Of a stretch of DNA of 64,000 nt, positions 18,208-28,006 are shown piece by piece. Both the position numbers and the translations under genes were made by a program. Source of the stretch: Candidatus Dormiibacterota bacterium (lineage in GTDB: Bacteria; Chloroflexota; Dormibacteria; Aeolococcales; Aeolococcaceae); contig OY970355.1 of assembly GCA_963718525.1 (NCBI GenBank), positions 896,001 through 960,000 of the forward strand, given 5' to 3'. Under the pieces are notes generated by a model. It did not search any database. It had not been told where the DNA came from and worked only from the letters and a program-made list of their open reading frames with translations. Each line of letters begins with the position of its first letter. Within the stretch, counting starts at the first letter, position 1.

Positions 18208-19386
18208 ATGGGTGAACCACAGCTCCGCGTTCCCGGTCCGACCCCGCTCCCCGCTCGCGTGGTCCGCTCCGCGAGCCGTCCCATGATCAACCACCGCGGC
18301 CCGGAGTTCGCCGCGCTGTTGGATGACGTCATCGGTGGCCTGCGCTGGGCGCTGCGCACCGAGAACGACGTTCTCCTGTACCCGTGCAGTGGCACCGGCG
18401 GCCTCGAGGCCGCGGTCGTCAACCTGCTGAGTCCCGGCGAGCAGGCGCTGTTCTGCGTCATGGGCTCGTTCGGCGAGCGCTGGGCGAAGATCGGCGACAT
18501 CTACGGCGCCGGAGTCGTGCGTCTGACCGTTCCCCCGGGCGAGCCGATCGACCCTGAGGATGTCGAGCGAACCCTTGCCGAGCATCCCGAGATCACCACG
18601 GTCTTCGTCACGCACAACGAGACATCGAGCGGCGTCACCAACGACCTTGCGGCGATCGCCGGTGTCGTCAAGAGCCGCGGCAAGATGCTGGCGGTCGACA
18701 GCGTCAGCGGAGCGGGATGCCTGCCCCTGGAGACCGATGCGCTCGGCGTGGATGTCCTGGTCACCGGCTCGCAGAAGGGCTGGATGGCACCTCCCGGCAT
18801 CGCCATGCTCGCCGTGAGCGCAGCCGCGTTCGCGCGCTCCGAGACGGCCACGAATCCACGCTTCTATCTCGACTTCGGGCGCGAGAAGAAGTCCCAGGAC
18901 AAGAAGCAGACCGCGACCACACCGGCGATCTCGGTGGTGTTCGCGCTCCAGGAAGGTCTCGCCATGCTGCGCGAGGAGGGCTTGGAGAACGTCTGGGCCC
19001 GCCACGCACGTGTCGGCCGGATGATCCGCGCGGGCGTCGAGGCGATGGGCCTCAAGCTGCTCGCCGCCCCGGGTCATCGGAGCGACACGGTCACCGCCGT
19101 GCACAGCCCGGCGGACACACCTGAGGCGCTCAAGCAGCTGCTCACGACCCTGCGGACGGCGCACGGCCTCGTGCTCGCGGGTGGGCAGGAATCGCTGATG
19201 GGCAGGATCTTCCGTATCGGCCACCTCGGCTACATCGACGACGCCGACGCCTACACGATCCTCGCGCTCCTCGAGGCTGGCCTCATCGACACGGGGCTGC
19301 GTACCCGTGGCGGGCTCGCCATCGCGGCGGCACAGGCGGAAGCGCGCGGGACAGTCGCGCAGGCAGAACCCGTCAGCGTCGGGTGA
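18208..19386 (+). CDS. Class V aminotransferase (alanine-glyoxylate / serine-pyruvate type)
   Basis: PGPT, HNETSSG, VDSVS, GSQKG (PLP lysine), FRIGHLG. Confidence 0.93.
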   Translation: MGEPQLRVPGPTPLPARVVRSASRPMINHRGPEFAALLDDVIGGLRWALRTENDVLLYPCSGTGGLEAAVVNLLSPGEQALFCVMGSFGERWAKIGDIYGAGVVRLTVPPGEPIDPEDVERTLAEHPEITTVFVTHNETSSGVTNDLAAIAGVVKSRGKMLAVDSVSGAGCLPLETDALGVDVLVTGSQKGWMAPPGIAMLAVSAAAFARSETATNPRFYLDFGREKKSQDKKQTATTPAISVVFALQEGLAMLREEGLENVWARHARVGRMIRAGVEAMGLKLLAAPGHRSDTVTAVHSPADTPEALKQLLTTLRTAHGLVLAGGQESLMGRIFRIGHLGYIDDADAYTILALLEAGLIDTGLRTRGGLAIAAAQAEARGTVAQAEPVSVG

Positions 19387-20999
19387 CCATCACCGCCGAC
19401 CCGCGCACCGTGGCCGGTACCGTGACCCGCATCCTCGTGGCTGACCCGATCGCCGACGATGGCGTGACCCGGTTGCGCGCGGCGGGCGAGGTTGACGTCA
19501 TGACCGGGCTGGAGCCGAGCGCGCTCCGCGAGCGCATCGGCGACTACGACGCGCTCGTGGTTCGCAGCGAGACCAAGGTGACGGCCGACGTGTTCGCTGC
19601 TGCACCGCGCCTGCGTGTGGTCGGACGCGCCGGTGTCGGCGTCGACAACATCGACATCGAAGCCGCCACGCGCCACGGCGTCCTCGTGCTCAACGCACCG
19701 ACCGGTAACACGATTGCTGCGACCGAGCACGTCATCGCGATGATGCTGGCCCTCGCCCGCAATCTTCCCGCTGCCGACCGCTCGCTCCACGCGGGGCTCT
19801 GGGAGCGCTCGAAGTTCATGGGTATCGAGCTGCGCGAGAAGACGCTCGGCGTGCTGGGTCTTGGCAAGATCGGATCCGAGGTTGCCCGCATCGCCCGCGA
19901 GGGTCTGCGCATGCGTGTGCTCGCCCACGACCCGCTGGTCACGGCCGAACGCGCCCAGCAGCTCGGCGTCGAGCTCGTCGACTTTGAGACGCTGTTGACA
20001 GAAACCGACTTCCTCACCGTGCACGTGCCGCTCACCGATGCCACCCGCGGCATCATCGGTGCGGCGGAGCTCAGGCGGATGCGCAAGGGAGCCCGGCTGA
20101 TCAACGTCGCGCGGGGCGGCATCATCGATGAGCACGCGCTCGCCGACGCGATACGCGATGGGCAGATCGCCGGAGCCGCCATCGACGTGTTCACCAAGGA
20201 GCCGCCTGACCCGGCCAATCCGCTGCTCCAGGTCGAGAAGGTCGTTGTGACCCCACACCTCGGCGCCAGCACGCGCGAAGCCCAGGTGAACGTGGCCTTC
20301 GACGTCGCCGATCAGATCGTCGAGTACCTCGCTGGCGGCACGCCGCGGTATGCGGTCAACGCGCCGACCGTGCTGCCCGAGGAGCTCGCACGCCTCCAGC
20401 CGTACCTCGTCCTCGCCGAGAAGATCGGATCGCTTGCGGCGCAGCTGGACGGTCGCAAGCTGCGCCATATCGTGTGCAGCTACTCCGGCGAGCTCGCCGG
20501 CATCGACACATCGATCATCACCGCGCACGTGCTGCGCGGTCTCTTTGCGCACTTCACGGAGACGCGCGTGAATCCCGTCAACGCCAAGGTGGTTGCCACG
20601 TCGATGGGCGTCGACGTCGATGAGCGTCATACCACGCGAAGCGTCGATCCGGAGGGGTCGCTGCTCGTTGAGGTGCGTGGCGAGCAGACGCTGCGCATCG
20701 CCGGAACCCAGTTCGATGACGGTCCCCGGATCACGCGCATCAACGATTTTCGCGTCGACATGCAACCTGCGGGCACGTTCCTCGTGGTCACGCACCAGGA
20801 TCGCCCGGGCGTGATCGCCGCCATCTCCACACTGCTCGCGCGGCACGACGTCAACATCGCGGGGATCGAGCTGGGCCGCGACCGGCCCCGGGGTCACGCG
20901 GTGATGCTGATGGAGATCGACGACCCGGTGGACTCCGAGTTGCTCGACGAGGTGCGCGATACCGCGATGCTCGATCAGCTTCGCCAAGTGCGGCTCTGA
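19383..20999 (+). CDS. serA: D-3-phosphoglycerate dehydrogenase with ACT domain
   Basis: GRAGVGVDNID, GLGKIG, INVARGG, TPHLGAST, DRPGVI. Confidence 0.96.
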   Translation: MTITADPRTVAGTVTRILVADPIADDGVTRLRAAGEVDVMTGLEPSALRERIGDYDALVVRSETKVTADVFAAAPRLRVVGRAGVGVDNIDIEAATRHGVLVLNAPTGNTIAATEHVIAMMLALARNLPAADRSLHAGLWERSKFMGIELREKTLGVLGLGKIGSEVARIAREGLRMRVLAHDPLVTAERAQQLGVELVDFETLLTETDFLTVHVPLTDATRGIIGAAELRRMRKGARLINVARGGIIDEHALADAIRDGQIAGAAIDVFTKEPPDPANPLLQVEKVVVTPHLGASTREAQVNVAFDVADQIVEYLAGGTPRYAVNAPTVLPEELARLQPYLVLAEKIGSLAAQLDGRKLRHIVCSYSGELAGIDTSIITAHVLRGLFAHFTETRVNPVNAKVVATSMGVDVDERHTTRSVDPEGSLLVEVRGEQTLRIAGTQFDDGPRITRINDFRVDMQPAGTFLVVTHQDRPGVIAAISTLLARHDVNIAGIELGRDRPRGHAVMLMEIDDPVDSELLDEVRDTAMLDQLRQVRL

Positions 21000-21034
21000 A
21001 GGCCTGACGCTCCGCCTGCGACGGAGACGCGCGC

Positions 21035-22315
21035 ATGGCCAGCGTTGAGCCCTTCGAGGCAACTCGATACAACCCCGAGCACGTGAAGCTCGGCGGGGTG
21101 CTCGCGCCTCCCTACGACGTGATCAGCGACGCGCAGCGGGACGAGCTGTACGGTCGCGATCTGCGCAACATCGTGCGCATCGATTACGGCCTCTCCTACC
21201 CCGATGATATCGAGGGTGTCGACGACCGGTACACGCGCGCCGCGTCGTTCCTCACCTCGTGGCGGGATCTCGGTGTCCTGGTTCGCGATACGCCCGCCGG
21301 CTACTACGCCGTCGATCACCACTTTCAGCACCCGGACGGGGGCCAGCGAAGGCGACGGGGTCTGCTCGCGACCGTGGCCGCCACGCCCTGGGAATCCTCC
21401 GACCTGCGTCCACACGAACGAACCCTCCGCGGGCCGAAGGCGGACCGTCTGGCGCTGCTGCGTGCAACGCGAGCGCAGACGAGCCCGGTGTTCGCCGTGT
21501 GGACGGGTGCGGATCGGCTCATCGAGACGCTCGACATCGTTGCCACGGGCGAGGCCCTGCTGGGAGGGCGCATCGACGGAGAGATCGCCTCGGAGAAGTT
21601 GCTGCTCTGGCGTGTCGCGGATCCGCAGCAGATTGAGGCGATCACCGGAGCCCTGCGGGGCGCCGAGCTCTATGTGGCCGACGGCCATCATCGCTACGAG
21701 ACCGCCGCAGCGTACGCGGCGGAGCGACGGGCAGCCGACCCGGATGCTCCGCGGGACGCGCCCTTCGAACGTTGCCTCGTGTACCTCACCGCGGCCGACG
21801 ATCCCGGCATCACCATCCTGCCGACACACCGTCTCGTGCGACCCGGCAGCGGCATCGCATTCAGTCTCGACGATCTCTGGGCACGCCTCGACGACGCCTA
21901 CGAGACATTGCCCGCTGCCGGCGGACGGGCGGCACTGGCTGCGGCCGCATGCATGCAGGCGACCCACCATGCGTTCGCGGTGGTCGCCCATGACGGAGCC
22001 GCGGTGCTTCGGCGTCCGCGACGCGTCGAAGGGTCCCCCCGTGAACGGCTCGATGTCGCCGTCCTCGAATCCGAGGTGCTCGAGCCTGCGGGCGTGTCCC
22101 GGGAGATGATCAGCAGCGGCGCGCTCGCGTACACGCGCGATCCGGACGGGCTCGACGCCGCGGTGAGCAGCGGCGAGGCGGTTCTCGCCTTCGGCGTGTC
22201 GCCGGTGAGCGCAGGAGATGTGATCGCCGTCGCCCGTGCGGGGGAGACGATGCCCCAGAAATCAACGTATTTCTACCCGAAGGTGCCGACTGGGCTGGCC
22301 CTGCTTGAGGTCTGA
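21035..22315 (+). CDS. DUF1015 family protein (ParB/Srx-like fold)
   Basis: PPYDVI, PHERT, ADGHHRYET, MPQKSTYFYPK. Confidence 0.92.
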   Translation: MASVEPFEATRYNPEHVKLGGVLAPPYDVISDAQRDELYGRDLRNIVRIDYGLSYPDDIEGVDDRYTRAASFLTSWRDLGVLVRDTPAGYYAVDHHFQHPDGGQRRRRGLLATVAATPWESSDLRPHERTLRGPKADRLALLRATRAQTSPVFAVWTGADRLIETLDIVATGEALLGGRIDGEIASEKLLLWRVADPQQIEAITGALRGAELYVADGHHRYETAAAYAAERRAADPDAPRDAPFERCLVYLTAADDPGITILPTHRLVRPGSGIAFSLDDLWARLDDAYETLPAAGGRAALAAAACMQATHHAFAVVAHDGAAVLRRPRRVEGSPRERLDVAVLESEVLEPAGVSREMISSGALAYTRDPDGLDAAVSSGEAVLAFGVSPVSAGDVIAVARAGETMPQKSTYFYPKVPTGLALLEV

Positions 22316-22400
22316 ACAGCCGCCGTCACCGCGGCGTGTTTGGCTCGTGGCCGCGAGCGGGTACAGTTGGAGCGTTCAACCGCGAACAGGGAACCTTTGA

Positions 22401-22733
22401 TTGCCAACGTACGGATACCGCTGCCCCACATGCTCGACCGAATTCGAGGTATGGCAGTCGATGCGTGACAACCCTGGCGCGCCGTGTCCGAAGTGCGGTG
22501 CCGCCGCGGCCCGTCAGTTCTTTCCCGCGGGGATCGTCTTCAAGGGCTCGGGCTTCTACAAGACCGACAGCCGCGGCGCCGCTTCGTCGTCGATCACGTC
22601 GGACGGCGGCGACTCGAAGAGCGCCGTGACGAGCACGAAGACGGACACCGCAAAGTCTGAAAGCAAAACCTCTGCATCCGAAGCTTCACCGCCCGCAACC
22701 ACAAAACCGGCTTCGACTGACGCCGCCAGTTGA
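22401..22733 (+). CDS. FmdB family zinc-ribbon protein
   Basis: MPTYGYRCPTC...CPKCG...FKGSGFYKTD; Ser/Thr-rich tail; TTG start. Confidence 0.9.
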   Translation: MPTYGYRCPTCSTEFEVWQSMRDNPGAPCPKCGAAAARQFFPAGIVFKGSGFYKTDSRGAASSSITSDGGDSKSAVTSTKTDTAKSESKTSASEASPPATTKPASTDAAS

Positions 22734-22774
22734 GTACGATGGATCAGCGGCTGCCCCACAACCAGGAGACCCAC

Positions 22775-23107
22775 ATGTCCCACCCCGTTACCGTCACCGA
22801 CACCAACTTCAAGGAAGAAGTCCTGGACTCGGAGCTGCCCGTCCTCGTCGATTTCTGGGCATCGTGGTGCACCCCGTGCAAGATGATCGCTCCGATCGTC
22901 GAGGAGTTCGCCACCCAGTACGACGGCAAGGTGAAGGTCGCCAAGGTTGACGTCGACGCCAACCCGATCACACCAGGCATGTTCGGGATCATGAGCATCC
23001 CGACGCTGATGATCTTCAAGGGCGGCAAGGCCGAGGAGCGAATCGTCGGCTACCAGCCGAAGCAGTCGCTCGAGGCCAAGCTCCAGGCCGTTCTCGCCGC
23101 CGCCTGA
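22775..23107 (+). CDS. trxA: Thioredoxin
   Basis: VLVDFWASWCTPCKMIAP and SIPTL motifs; AGGAG SD. Confidence 0.95.
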   Translation: MSHPVTVTDTNFKEEVLDSELPVLVDFWASWCTPCKMIAPIVEEFATQYDGKVKVAKVDVDANPITPGMFGIMSIPTLMIFKGGKAEERIVGYQPKQSLEAKLQAVLAAA

Positions 23108-23112
23108 ACCAC

Positions 23113-24390
23113 TCAGGCGCCGAGTAGGTCGATCACCTCGCCGGCGAGGTAGAGCGAGCCGCACACCACCACGACGCCATCTCGTCCAGCGAGGCGGCGT
23201 GCGCGGTCCAGAGCCGTCCCGACGCCGGCGGCACTCTCGGCCGGGGGATGGAACAGCCGCGATAGCTCGGCCGGCGGTGTCGCGCGCTCGACCGCCGGAG
23301 CCGTGACGATGATCTCGTGGGTGAGCGCCTCGAGCCCTGCGGCCATTGATTCGACGTCCTTGTTGCGCATCGCTGCGAACACCGCGACGCATCGCCGCCC
23401 TGCGATGAGCTCGCGTGCCGCCGCGACCATCGCGGCCATCCCGGCAGGGTTGTGAGCCCCGTCGATGAGGATCGGCGGTTGGCCGTCAATCCAGTCCATC
23501 CGACCCCGCCAGCGCACTGACTCGCATCCGCGAGCGACTGCGCCGGCACCGATGGCGACTCCGCTCGCCCTCAGCGCGTCGCTGACAGCGACCGCGGTGG
23601 CGATGTTGCCGACCTGAAACGCGCCGCGCAGCGGCGAATCGACGCTGATGGGGCGGCCATCGAACACCGTGTCCACAACCACGCCGCGCATCCCGAGGGA
23701 ACGCCCGCTGAAGGCAACGTCGACGCCGACCACGGTCAGGGACGCGCCGACATCGCTCGCACGCCCACGGATCACCGTCAGCGCCGGCTCGGTGGCGCCG
23801 GTCACCGCGCGGTTGCCGGGCTTGATGATCGCTGCCTTCTCGCCTGCTATCTCGGGAATCGTGGCGCCGAGCAGGTCCTGGTGGTCGAGCGCGACGTTGG
23901 TGACGGCGGCCACGCCGAGATCGAGGACGTTGGTGCTGTCCAGGCGTCCGCCAAGGCCGACCTCGCAGACCAGCACCTCGGCATCCGCCTCGTGCGCAAC
24001 CAGAATGCCCGCGGCCGTCAGCACCTCGAATCCGGTCGGCTGGAGTTCATCGGGGAGGGCCTCCGCGGCTTCCCAGACCCGAGCGACCAGGGCTCCGAAC
24101 TCCGCCTCGGTGATGGGAGTGCCGTCCCGGACGATGCGCTCGCAGTAGGAGACGAGATGCGGGCTGGTGAGCAGCACCGAGCGATAGCCGGCGGCGCGGC
24201 ATACCGAGTCGACGGTTGCGCAGACGGATCCCTTGCCGTTCGTGCCGGCAACCAGGACGCCTCGAAGCCCGACCTGGGGATTGCCGAGCGCGGCAAGCAG
24301 CGCCCGCGTGCGCTCGAGCCCGGGCATGATCCCGCGCCAGGCGACCGAATCCAGCGCCGCGACTGCGCGCGCGTACGTCGCGGCGGTCAC
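23113..24390 (-). CDS. folC: Folylpolyglutamate synthase / dihydrofolate synthase
   Basis: AGTNGKGS, SPHL, EVGLGGRLDSTN, DGAHN. Confidence 0.95.
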   Translation of the reverse strand: MTAATYARAVAALDSVAWRGIMPGLERTRALLAALGNPQVGLRGVLVAGTNGKGSVCATVDSVCRAAGYRSVLLTSPHLVSYCERIVRDGTPITEAEFGALVARVWEAAEALPDELQPTGFEVLTAAGILVAHEADAEVLVCEVGLGGRLDSTNVLDLGVAAVTNVALDHQDLLGATIPEIAGEKAAIIKPGNRAVTGATEPALTVIRGRASDVGASLTVVGVDVAFSGRSLGMRGVVVDTVFDGRPISVDSPLRGAFQVGNIATAVAVSDALRASGVAIGAGAVARGCESVRWRGRMDWIDGQPPILIDGAHNPAGMAAMVAAARELIAGRRCVAVFAAMRNKDVESMAAGLEALTHEIIVTAPAVERATPPAELSRLFHPPAESAAGVGTALDRARRLAGRDGVVVVCGSLYLAGEVIDLLGA

Positions 24391-24944
24391 GCCCAGTGCC
24401 AGGCCTCGTTCATCGCCTCACCCGGCTCAGGCCGTTGCACCAGCAGGCGGAGCGCCTTGAGCCAGGCTCCCCGCCGGGCGACGGCGTCTTCGATCTCCTC
24501 GACCGCGAGGTCGCGGAAGAGGCCACCGGTCTGGTGCGCGAGCACTGCCTGCAACTCCTGGTACTCGAGGAGGCCCGAAGCGTCAACGATCGCGGCGCGC
24601 CCGCCCTCAGCGTTGATGACCAGCCGGAAGACCCGACCCTGGTTGTCGTCGAAGGTCGATCTCGGCGTGATCGTGATTGCGCCGAGCGCCGGCATCAGTC
24701 CGGCGACGCGGTCGAGCCAGGCACGCTGCGGATCGGAGGACGCCTCGACGGCAGCGTCGACAAAGAGCTCACCGGCCAGCGAGAGCACCGCGGTCTGGAA
24801 CTGCGTGTAGTAGAGAAGATCGGCGCCGTTGAGGGCGACGCTGCCGACGTCCACGCCGTCGTCGCCGGCGAAGGTGACCATGAATGGGCGCGCGTAGGGT
24901 TTGCGCGCCTCCTGCTCACTCCAGCGAATCCGTAGCGAGGGCAT
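24387..24944 (-). CDS. Hypothetical protein with internal two-fold repeat, inside the fol operon
   Basis: ATG 24944, 5 bp after the folD stop; overlaps the folC start; repeated LL.Y...Q..L....G.LF.D.AVE...AWL unit. Confidence 0.75.
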   Translation of the reverse strand: MPSLRIRWSEQEARKPYARPFMVTFAGDDGVDVGSVALNGADLLYYTQFQTAVLSLAGELFVDAAVEASSDPQRAWLDRVAGLMPALGAITITPRSTFDDNQGRVFRLVINAEGGRAAIVDASGLLEYQELQAVLAHQTGGLFRDLAVEEIEDAVARRGAWLKALRLLVQRPEPGEAMNEAWHWA

Positions 24945-24949
24945 CCGGG

Positions 24950-25816
24950 TCAGCCCTCCACACGGCCGCGCCGCACCCGCGCGAGCGCCAGCGTGTTGCG
25001 CAGCAGCATCGCGATCGTCATCGGCCCCACCCCACCCGGAACGGGCGTGAGCCACCCTGCGACGGGTTCCACCAACTCGCGGTCGATGTCGCCGACCACC
25101 ACGCCGTCTTTCGGTGTGGTACCCACGTCGATCACGAACGCGCCGGGTTTCACGTACGAGGCGTCGATCATGCTGGGGCGGCCGATCGCCGAGACGAGGA
25201 TGTCGGCCTCACGGCACACGGACGCGAGGTCCGGGGTCCTCGAGTGGCAGATCGTCACCGTGGAGTCCGCATTGGTGAGCATCAGCGCGACGGGACGTCC
25301 GACGATGGCGCTGCGTCCGATCACGACCGCCCGGCTGCCGCGCAGCGGCGCGTCGTAGCGGCGGAGGAGTTCCATACATCCGAGTGGTGTACCGGGTGCC
25401 ACGACGGCGGGATGGCCTTCGGCGAGGCGCCCGAAGTTGTACGGGTGGAATCCGTCGGCGTCCTTCTCCGGGGAGATGCGCGCCATCACCGCGTCTCGAT
25501 CGATCTGCGAGGGCAGCGGGAGCTGCACGAGGATCCCGTCGACGGCATCGTCGGCATCCAGTCTCCGCACCAGCTCGACAAGTTCATCGGTGGTGCTTTC
25601 CCGGGGTGGCGTGTGCAGCTGGAACCGGATCCCGGCGCGTTCGGCGGCTCGCCCCTTGTTGCGCACGTAGATCGCGGAAGCTGGGTCGTCGCCGCAGAGG
25701 ACCACCGCCAGCGAAGGCGGCGCCAATCCCAGTGCCTTCATCTCGGTGACGTGAGTTGCGAGCTCCTCGCGAAGTTCCGCGGCCACCGCTCTGCCGTCGA
25801 CGATCACGGCGCTCAT
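24950..25816 (-). CDS. folD: Methylenetetrahydrofolate dehydrogenase/cyclohydrolase
   Basis: GILVQLPLP, KDADG, GRS.IVG.P, TPVPGGVGPMT. Confidence 0.96.
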   Translation of the reverse strand: MSAVIVDGRAVAAELREELATHVTEMKALGLAPPSLAVVLCGDDPASAIYVRNKGRAAERAGIRFQLHTPPRESTTDELVELVRRLDADDAVDGILVQLPLPSQIDRDAVMARISPEKDADGFHPYNFGRLAEGHPAVVAPGTPLGCMELLRRYDAPLRGSRAVVIGRSAIVGRPVALMLTNADSTVTICHSRTPDLASVCREADILVSAIGRPSMIDASYVKPGAFVIDVGTTPKDGVVVGDIDRELVEPVAGWLTPVPGGVGPMTIAMLLRNTLALARVRRGRVEG

Positions 25817-26190
25817 GAACGGGGCCCGCCCTCTCGCTCGATGATCACCCAGCAGCGATCGATTGCTCCCGCAATGGGTGGCTGCTTGCCCACACGCACT
25901 TTCACGCTGCCGATTCGGGGCTCGATCAGCAGGACCCCGGCGATTCGCGCGGCAACTGTCTCGAGCAGCGCGAACTGCTGGTCTTCGACCACCCCGCGGA
26001 CCAGCTCGAAGACGTGGGCGTAATCGAGGGTATCGGCGATATTGTCGGTCCGGCCCGCGACGGAGAGGTCGATGCGGATCTCCACGTCGACATGAAACCG
26101 GTTGCCGAGCGTGCGCTCGGCCTGAGTTTCACCGTGGTAGCCGTAGAACGACATTCCCTCGAGAACGAGCAGATCCATCGAGCCAGGCAC
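25813..26190 (-). CDS. folB: Dihydroneopterin aldolase
   Basis: FYGYHG..QAERTLG.RF.VD, TLDY, LLETVA; start GTG 26190 (leaderless) or ATG 26178. Confidence 0.93.
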   Translation of the reverse strand: MPGSMDLLVLEGMSFYGYHGETQAERTLGNRFHVDVEIRIDLSVAGRTDNIADTLDYAHVFELVRGVVEDQQFALLETVAARIAGVLLIEPRIGSVKVRVGKQPPIAGAIDRCWVIIEREGGPRS

Positions 26191-26264
26191 GGCGCGATTG
26201 TACGAAGGCGTGCCGTCGCCAACGGCCGCGAGCCGGCGGGGAGCCGGGCGATGAGGCGGCGCCC

Positions 26265-26534
26265 TCAGACCCCGCGAACGCCGCCCTCGGGTCGCAACAC
26301 CTGCTCGTGGTGATCGACCGGGTTGACCATCACGACCTGGAAGAGGTCCTCGAAATCACAGTCGAACAGCTGCATCAAAGACTGGCGCAGCTTCGGTCCC
26401 GGATTGCGCGTACCCGCCTCGAGTGCGGGAATGTAGTTCTGGGTCACCCCGAGCCGGCGCGCCAGCTCACGCTGGGTCAGGTGATGCTTGTCACGCATCG
26501 CCCGCAATCCAACGGCCCTCACCTCGACATTCAC
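26265..26534 (-). CDS. XRE-family helix-turn-helix protein
   Basis: LTQRELARRLGVTQNYIPALEAGTRNP; promoter TTGACG-18-TATATT (26571-26542) points to a leaderless GTG at 26534. Confidence 0.85.
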   Translation of the reverse strand: MNVEVRAVGLRAMRDKHHLTQRELARRLGVTQNYIPALEAGTRNPGPKLRQSLMQLFDCDFEDLFQVVMVNPVDHHEQVLRPEGGVRGV

Positions 26535-26621
26535 ACGGACAAATATACCCACCTGTGAGTGTGTTCGTCAACGCAACGAGGCTCGCACCCTCGGACATCT
26601 GCTAGAGAGTCGGTTGTGAGC

Positions 26622-27146
26622 ATGCCCCCACGCGAAGCGCTGCGTACCGCCCGGCTGGTGCTGGAACCGATCTCCCATGCCCACGACAGCGACCTGTTCC
26701 AGGCGTCGCTGGCTTCGCGAGCCGAGTTGCTGCCCTGGATGCCCTGGGCCGTCGATCTGACCATGAACGCCCAGTCCGCGTATGCGGACCGGGCGCGTTC
26801 GGAATGGGAGGCCGGGTCTCCGGCATTCGCGATCACGGAGCACGGCGTGGCCATCGGTGTCATCGGGCTCACGCGGGAGAGCGATTCGCAGTACGAGATC
26901 CATTACTGGCTGGCCACGGACCGCACCGGACGTGGCTTTGTCACCGAGGCTGCACAGACCCTGCTCGAGTGGGCGCGGGATGTCCTCCGAGGCCAGCGCA
27001 TCACTCTCCACGCCGGCATGGTGAATCGACGCAGCCTCGCGATCGCGGAGCGGCTCGGATTCACCCGGGACGGTGAGCTCGAGGGAGGGATGACCGGCGG
27101 AAGCGTCGCCGTGTTTCCTGCGTACGGTCACCACCTCGACCTTTAG
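26622..27146 (+). CDS. GNAT acetyltransferase (RimJ/RimL type)
   Basis: LRTARLVL, LLPWMPW, EIHYWL....GRG..TEA, N.RS.AIAERLGF. Confidence 0.88.
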   Translation: MPPREALRTARLVLEPISHAHDSDLFQASLASRAELLPWMPWAVDLTMNAQSAYADRARSEWEAGSPAFAITEHGVAIGVIGLTRESDSQYEIHYWLATDRTGRGFVTEAAQTLLEWARDVLRGQRITLHAGMVNRRSLAIAERLGFTRDGELEGGMTGGSVAVFPAYGHHLDL

Positions 27147-28006
27147 CCGCTGCGCTTGAGCAGGCCAAGCCGCTTTGCGCGCCGTTCTGCCCTCGCGAAG
27201 ACGAACACGCCGCAGGGAATGAGCACCGCACCCATGACGAGGAGCACCAGCACCGTTCCGAACAGCGAGCCGATGCCCGCGTGATCGAGCAGTGCCGAGC
27301 GAATGCCGCTCAGGGTGTACGTGAGCGGTGATGCCTGCCCCATGACGCGCAGGACGGTCGGAAGCACGGTGATCGGGTAGTACACACCCGAGACGAGCAG
27401 CAGCACACCCTGGACCGCAACCGCCATCTGCTCGCCCTTCTCGGGAGAGAGCAGGGGCAGGATCGAGGTGAAGATCCCGAGACCGAGCACCGGGAACGTC
27501 GCCGCCGCGAGCACCAGCAACGCCGAGCCGATGTCCGCGTGGGACAGGTCGAGATGGAAGGCGAGCGCGATCGCGATCATGATGATCACGCTGCGCAGGA
27601 GCGCGTAGATGATCGCGAAGGAGCAGATGCCGAGCAGGTGGGTGGTCCGCCGCACCGGCGCCATGAAGGTGTATTCGATGGTTCCCTCCCAGCGCTCCCA
27701 GGCGATGGCGAAGGACACGTCGAAGAACATCAGCGACAGATAGCTCCAGAGCAAGGAGCCGATCAGCAGGTACAGCTGCGCGCGCGCGATGTCGACATGA
27801 GCGCTCGCACCACTGAACGACCCGAGCCCGGACGCCAGGTACCCGATGCTCAGCGTGCTCACGATGCTGTAGACCAGCCAGACGACCTCCCAGATCCAGT
27901 AGCGCTTGTAGAGGTTGCGCTGGCGCTCGAAGAACCCGAGAAACGCGTTCGCCTCGAAGCGCAGACCGGGAGACGGCATCTCGACGTCGCGAATCTGCGT
28001 GCTCAT
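27143..28006 (-). CDS. ABC-2 type exporter permease
   Basis: About six hydrophobic segments; ERWEGTIEY, SGVYYP, SPLTY. Confidence 0.9.
   Translation of the reverse strand: MSTQIRDVEMPSPGLRFEANAFLGFFERQRNLYKRYWIWEVVWLVYSIVSTLSIGYLASGLGSFSGASAHVDIARAQLYLLIGSLLWSYLSLMFFDVSFAIAWERWEGTIEYTFMAPVRRTTHLLGICSFAIIYALLRSVIIMIAIALAFHLDLSHADIGSALLVLAAATFPVLGLGIFTSILPLLSPEKGEQMAVAVQGVLLLVSGVYYPITVLPTVLRVMGQASPLTYTLSGIRSALLDHAGIGSLFGTVLVLLVMGAVLIPCGVFVFARAERRAKRLGLLKRSG

Noticed and set aside
22775-23107. Thioredoxin active site WCTPC instead of WCGPC
   Set aside because: The CxxC is intact and such variation is within the normal family range.
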